Both the position numbers and the translations under genes were made by a program. Of a stretch of DNA of 64,000 nt, positions 58,653 to 64,000 are shown one piece after another. The stretch is from contig CAVYKI010000009.1 in NCBI GenBank assembly GCA_963769025.1, forward strand, positions 32,001 through 96,000, in the 5' to 3' direction. The stretch comes from an uncultured Verrucomicrobiae bacterium. Lineage in GTDB: Bacteria; Verrucomicrobiota; Verrucomicrobiia; Chthoniobacterales; Chthoniobacteraceae. How positions within the stretch are numbered: position 1 is the stretch's first letter; every line of letters begins with the position of its first letter. Below the pieces are notes generated by a model, which was not told where the DNA came from, made no database searches, and saw only the letters and a list, made by a program, of their open reading frames with translations.

Positions 58653-61600
58653 TCAGTTCGTCGGCGGGTTCACCTCGCGGACCGTGGCGCCGTTGGTGTC
58701 GCTGAGCAGCAGGATGGCGAGCTTGTCCACGTGGTTCAGCTCCGTCGGCTTGAGCATCTGGTAGTCGAGGCCGTTGGCGGGGGCGGGTTCGTTCGTGAGC
58801 GGGATGGGCTGCACGTTTTCCGGGGCGTTCAGGCTCGCGTAGTCGAAGCGTCCGCGCAGGTCCGTGTAGCCGTCCTTGAAAAAGCGCACGGTGCCGTTCT
58901 TCAGGCGCGCGTACACTTTCACATACGCCTTCGCGACGGGCTTGTTGCTGCCGCTGTCGCGCGCCTCGATGCGCCCATAGTTTTCCGTGAGCGTGAGCTT
59001 GAGCGTGTTGGCGTGGTAGGCCTGCGCCTTGCGCTGTCCGGCGCCGACGACTTCCACGAGCACGTTCGCCTTTGCAAACTCGCCCGGCAGCGGGATGTCG
59101 AGCGCGTCCCTGCCCGCGGGCAGCGCCTGCTTCGCGCTTTGCGTGGGCTTGATGATGCTGAAGCGCCCCGCGTCCTGGCTCACGAACGGATTGCTGCTGA
59201 ACGAAAACTCCGGGTCCATGAGGTAGTAGTTGATCGTCACCTCGCCGAGATTTTTCCACGTGAGCGCGATGCTCCGGTTCTCGACCTTCAGATCAAAGGT
59301 CGGCTCGGTCGCGGCGAGTTCCGCCTGCTGTTTCTCGCGGTCGGGCTTGTCGTCGTCCTTCTCTGCGCCACGCTTGGCGCCGTTCGCCGCGGCCTTGCCC
59401 TCGGCTTCGTCGAGCTGCGAGGCGACTTCGGCGAAAAGGTTCCGCCAGCGCGCGACGGGATGCCCCGCGTAGTTCGCCGCGATGCCGCGCGCCCCCGCGA
59501 GGTTGTCCTCGTAGAAGTCGGCGTAGCACTTGAAATAGTCGTGCTGGATCTTCGTCGGCAGCGCGTTCGCATCCACGGCGCGGAAACGCGCGAGCGCCTC
59601 CTCCACGCGGTCCTGCAGGAAGAGCTGGTACGTCACGCTCATGCTGTCCATCGCGTCGAGCTGCGGCTTGTGCGCGAGGATGCCGAGCAGCGATTGGTAT
59701 TGCGAAAGCACCGCCGGATTCGCGATGCGCCGCTCGCTGCCGAGCCGGTGCGCGCGCTGGTTCACCAGCGGGCTGTATTCGAGATGCTCGTACGCGCGCC
59801 GCTCGATGGGATCGATGAGCAGCAGCTTCGACGCGAGGAACGGCCCGCACTGCGCGACGAAATCATCGCGGTGCTTCAGCCATTCGCGCAGCGCCGCCGT
59901 GTCGTTGTGCACGACCGCATAGCTGTAGATCACGTCGCTCCACGCGTGCCGCTGCTGCATCACGCCGGTGAGCTTCTTGAAAAACTCCGCGCTCTGCCGC
60001 ACGCGCCACGCGATGCGCTCCATGTTCAGCGACTCGATGTTGTTCGCCGCGATGAAGTCGAACACCTCCGCGTCCGTCCCGTACTGCGAGACGTAGTCCC
60101 ACGACGCCTTGTCAAACTGCGTGAGCTTCGCGACGACGTTGAACTCAAACGCCTTCGCCGCCGCCGCGCTCGTGCCCGCGACCGCGACATTCACCGGGTA
60201 GTGCGGAAACTTCGCGCCATTCGCCGCCACCGCGGGGAAGTAGAAGTAATACTCGAACGTCTTCGTCGTGTAAGGCTCCAGCCGCAGCCGGCGCGAGTCC
60301 GTCGCCTTGCTCCCGAGCACCGGCAGCGCGCCCTTCGGGATTTGCAGCAGCACCTCCGCCTTCACCGGCGAACTCGTCGGATTGGTCACGACGACATTCG
60401 CCCCGTACACCGCGCCGGTGAGAAATTCCCCCGTCACGTACTTTTCAAACTTCTCGTTCCCTTCCTGCCGGTAGCGGTCGTTCTGCCGGAAGAAACTCTG
60501 CGAGACGAGCAACTGCCCCGCGTCCGCCTTCGCCGGCGCGGCCTGCTTGATTTCCTTGTGATACACAATCGCCGCGCCGCCCGCCGTGAAGTGGAACTGC
60601 CCGCCGTCCGCCTTCGCCGTGTGCTTCGGCGCATCGAAGGGCAGATCCAGCACCGCCAGCGCGAGCAGCATCTCCGTGAAGTTCCGGCTCGCCTCCGCGA
60701 CATTCCCGGACACAAACGCGCCCTTCGCCCCGCCGCCCACCCAAGCCGCGTAGTCGCGCCAGAACGCGTTCACCGTCACCAGCCCCGCATCCTGCTGCTC
60801 GATGCGGCAGCCGGTAATAATTGTTCTCCGCCCACTCCTTCGTCGCCCCCACCTGCCGGTAGTACGCCCGGACTTCCCCACGATTTGCCCGGGCTGCATC
60901 GGCTCCGAAGAACAGGAATCCGGTAGGTGCGATCCCGTCGGCGATCTCCTTCTCCGCCAAGGGCGACCATTTTCTTCAGACTCTCGGCGCGCCCGTTCAG
61001 CGCCAAGCCCGACTCGCCTTCCACAGCCTTGCGGAGTTCGCGCTGGGCGTCCATCAGCTTGCCTGTGGCACTGGCCAGTTGGTCCTGCTTCGCGCCGGAC
61101 GCGGGCGCGCGATCTTTCGCGTCGCGGAAGCGATTTACACCCGCGCCGCCAGCCATCGCACCATTCCTTGCCATGGGAGCGGCAGGCGGGGCGGCCGCAG
61201 CCTGGGGTTTCATCTCCTTTGCCGCCTCCTCGAGTCGATCCATCGCGTTGCTTTTCTCCCGCTTAAAATCGCCGAGCGCCTCGCTCGCACGCTGCAAGGC
61301 CCGTCCTCGCAACGCAGTCTCGAACAGCCGATCCTGCTCGTCGGGATTCGGCGGAATCATCTCCCACAGCTCCCGCAAGTGCCGTGCGGCACCGGGAGCC
61401 TCGCCGCGGATGCGCTGGGCGAGGAGCGCGCGCTCGACGACATTCAGCCGCGCATGAGCCCAAGGCTGAAGATATGGCGCGAGGTCGTTGCCGAGCAGGA
61501 AGTCATCCATGAATGTCCTGTCCTTCTTGTTCCGCAGGTACGGCTGGATGATCTTTTCAAAAAATGACGGGTCCTTCTTCGCGAGGAAGAGGTTGAGTTC

Positions 61601-64000
61601 GTGGCACGCAAACTCGCCGTATTTCGCGCGCTTCTCGTCGTCCTTGAGCTTCGGCCATTCGAGCACCCACGCGAATTTCGCGAGCGTTGCGTCGCCGTTC
61701 AAAGTGGTGAGCAGCGAGAAGACGCCGCCGAGCGTGTCGTAGGTCTCGAACTCGCTCGTGAGGATGTCCGCGAGCGTCAGCGTCTTGCCCGGCTCGACGA
61801 CGGTGATCTCCTTTTTCTGCGTGAAGGGCTTTGCCGGATCGAGATTCCGCACCAGCCGCAGGTCGGCGAATTTCGTCGGCACCTCGGGCAGCGCGAACGA
61901 GCGCCACACGGCGTTCGTGAGATCCTCGGCGTAAATCTGCACGTGCTGACGGTCACCGAGGATCCGGCGATCGATGCGCACGACGCCGTCCTTGTCCGGC
62001 AGCAGATTGTAGATCGCGGGTGCCGACGCCGCGAGGAAGTCGAGGTTCGTCTCCGCCACCGCGCCACCGGCACCGCTGCCTTTGCGATCGCCGCCCTGTG
62101 CCACGGCGCGCTGGAGCGCGGCACGCCTGTCGCCGCTCGTGGAAGAGGATGCCTGTCCGGCCTGCTGCGCGAGTTCCTCGACCTCGGTGGACCGCTTGTC
62201 CCACGGATTCAGCAGGAGGCCCGGACGCGTGAGCATGTTGCCCGGGAAAACTTTCTGGTAGCGCCGGTCGAGGATGTAGCGGTACTCGTCGCCGATTTCG
62301 CGACCGGCGGCATAGAGGTTCGGCAGACGCGCTGGCGTGCCCGAGGCGGCTCCGAAGCGGGTGAAATTTCCGAAGTCGCCGAAGATCCCGCGCCCCGGCT
62401 CGAAGCGCGACGCAGCGACATGCACCCGGGTGAAAGACGTGGTGTTTGCGAGCTTCACCGTGATTGAATCCGCCGCCGCGACGAGGTCCGTGATCTGCAG
62501 CGGCGCGCTGTTCTTCGCCTCGAGATTCCGGCTCGCGCCGAGGAACCAGCCGTTCGAAAGCCGGCCTGCGGTGACCTTGAGCGCGATGTCGCGGTGCTCC
62601 CCTCGAAGCCGCAATGAGTAGTCGCCCGCCGCGAGTTCCTTGATCTCGATGAAGCCGTCCTTCACCTCGATGCCCGCCGAGTGGTCCGTGATGAAAGTCC
62701 CGGCGCGCAGCGCCAGCAGCGACACATCGGCGGCCTTGGTGGATGCAGCCGCGGGAATCTTGATCGCGTCTCCGGCGCGGACATGCAGTTCCGCCGGCCA
62801 CGTGCGCTCGAAGTCATCCAGCGCCCATAAGCTCTGCCGGCCATTTGGGATGCGTGCCGCGACGCTGGCGATGCCCGGCAGCAGGCCGAGCGCGATGCGT
62901 CCTTTCTCGTCAGTCTTCAGCGCGACGATCTGGGTGCGGCCAAACTCGCGGTGCGTGAATGTGAACACCACCTGCTGATCCGACAGCGTCTCGCCATTGC
63001 GCCCGAGCAGCTCGAAGGCGAATGCGTCGCCGAACTTCGAGAGGTGGCCGTCATTCGTCGCGTCGGTCCTTTCGATGCCATTGAGCGACCACGAACGGCT
63101 CGCCGAGAGGTCGCGCTTTTCCCCGCCTGCGCTGAGCACGTCCACTTTGCCCGTCAGGGTGACGGTGAGCTGCGCGAGGCGCTCGGGAACGCTGATCTCG
63201 TGCGTGAGCACGCCGCCCGCGGTGAGCTTGAGATCCTTGAATTCGCGCGTGGTCGCGATTCCGTCGAGCGTGGTCGATGTGACGGTGAGTTTCGGCGCGG
63301 AGAGCATCGCGGGGTCGAGGTGCGCCTCGCCGAGCAGCAGGGCCACGCGCACCGCCAGCGTCGCTTCGCGGCGGGCGAGCAGTTGCTCGCGCTCGATGTG
63401 GAATTGCGCATCGAGCCTGTATTCCTCGCCGTGGTGCTCGAACTGCGCGAGCGTCGCGAACGTGCCGTCCGGATCGGCCAGCACGATCTGCCGCGTGCCC
63501 GGCTGCTGCGTGAACGGCACCACGATGCGCCCGAGCTTTTCGTCGCGGACAAGCTTGCGTCCGTCGAGCCACGCCACCGCGTCCTTCACCTGCTCGCCGC
63601 GCTCATCGAGCACCGTGAGCAAATCGCCCGACGGCCCGGTGGCCTGGAGCAACTGCCATTGCCCCACGCGCACCAGCGCGCGGCTGCTGCGTCCGCCTCC
63701 GATGAATTCCACGATCCACGCGCCGCGCTTGCCCGTGAGCGCGGGGAATTTGAACGTCTGCCGCGTGCGCTTGAACGGGCCGGTGTCGAAGGCGTGCGTC
63801 TGCTCGCTGTTCGCGACGAGGCCGTCGAGGTTCAGGTCCGTGTTGAGCTGGCGCTTCTGCGTGAGGAAAAAGTTCAGCGCGTTCATCTCGTAGATTTTCA
63901 CGATGAGCTTCGGCGTGTTTTTCACGACGACGTCGATCTGCACATCGTCGCCGGCTTGTCCGCCGCCTGCGGGCCTGAAGAACTGCGGGTTCGTCGCGAC
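58653..64000 (-). CDS. Giant (>1,780 aa) uncharacterised protein, 5'-partial, with frameshifts near 60960 and 60805
   Basis: ORFs 60776-63943, 60445-60960 and 58653-60899 join into one natural-looking protein (...TKEWAENNYYRLP/IEQQDAGLVTVNAFW...; C-terminal YVKVYAR...FFKDGYTDLRGRFDY). Confidence 0.8.

Noticed and set aside
1..64000. CRISPR array, integrase, transposase or prophage
   Set aside because: No regularly spaced direct repeats and no such protein motifs seen by eye

Overview
High-GC bacterial chromosomal segment. Gene content (RNase HIII, ARC-type proteasome ATPase, DUF1080 pair, H-X9-DG-type prepilin, GYF_2 and FG-GAP proteins, GTAG-type REPs) suggests the PVC superphylum, most likely Verrucomicrobiota; this is an inference. 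It holds about 54 protein genes and one tRNA-Leu(TAG). Housekeeping genes include pilT, ogt, nuoD, lpxI/GnnA-like/lpxB, ugd, hrpA, trpB, mutY, rnhC, a Zn/Mn ABC transporter, a PFK, rfbBD and yacG, interleaved with many exported proteins of unknown function. Many genes, including housekeeping ones, are split by 1-bp indels, which looks like long-read consensus error, so those coordinates are reconstructed. I saw no CRISPR array, integrase, transposase or prophage. Most notable: a cystatin-sialidase fusion ending a 4-gene putative glycan-use operon; a heptamer tandem repeat inside the 5' coding region of the GnnA-like lipid A gene (possible phase variation); an orphan ARC/Mpa ATPase without an HbYX tail next to a PUR-like gene; a saccharopine-dehydrogenase-like plus two-ALDH operon; an exported beta-propeller/Ig-like gene pair; a >1,780-aa uncharacterised giant protein; repeated leaderless promoter architecture (sigma70 and sigma54); and several REP-like palindromes. 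All annotation is by motif recognition; no database searches were run.
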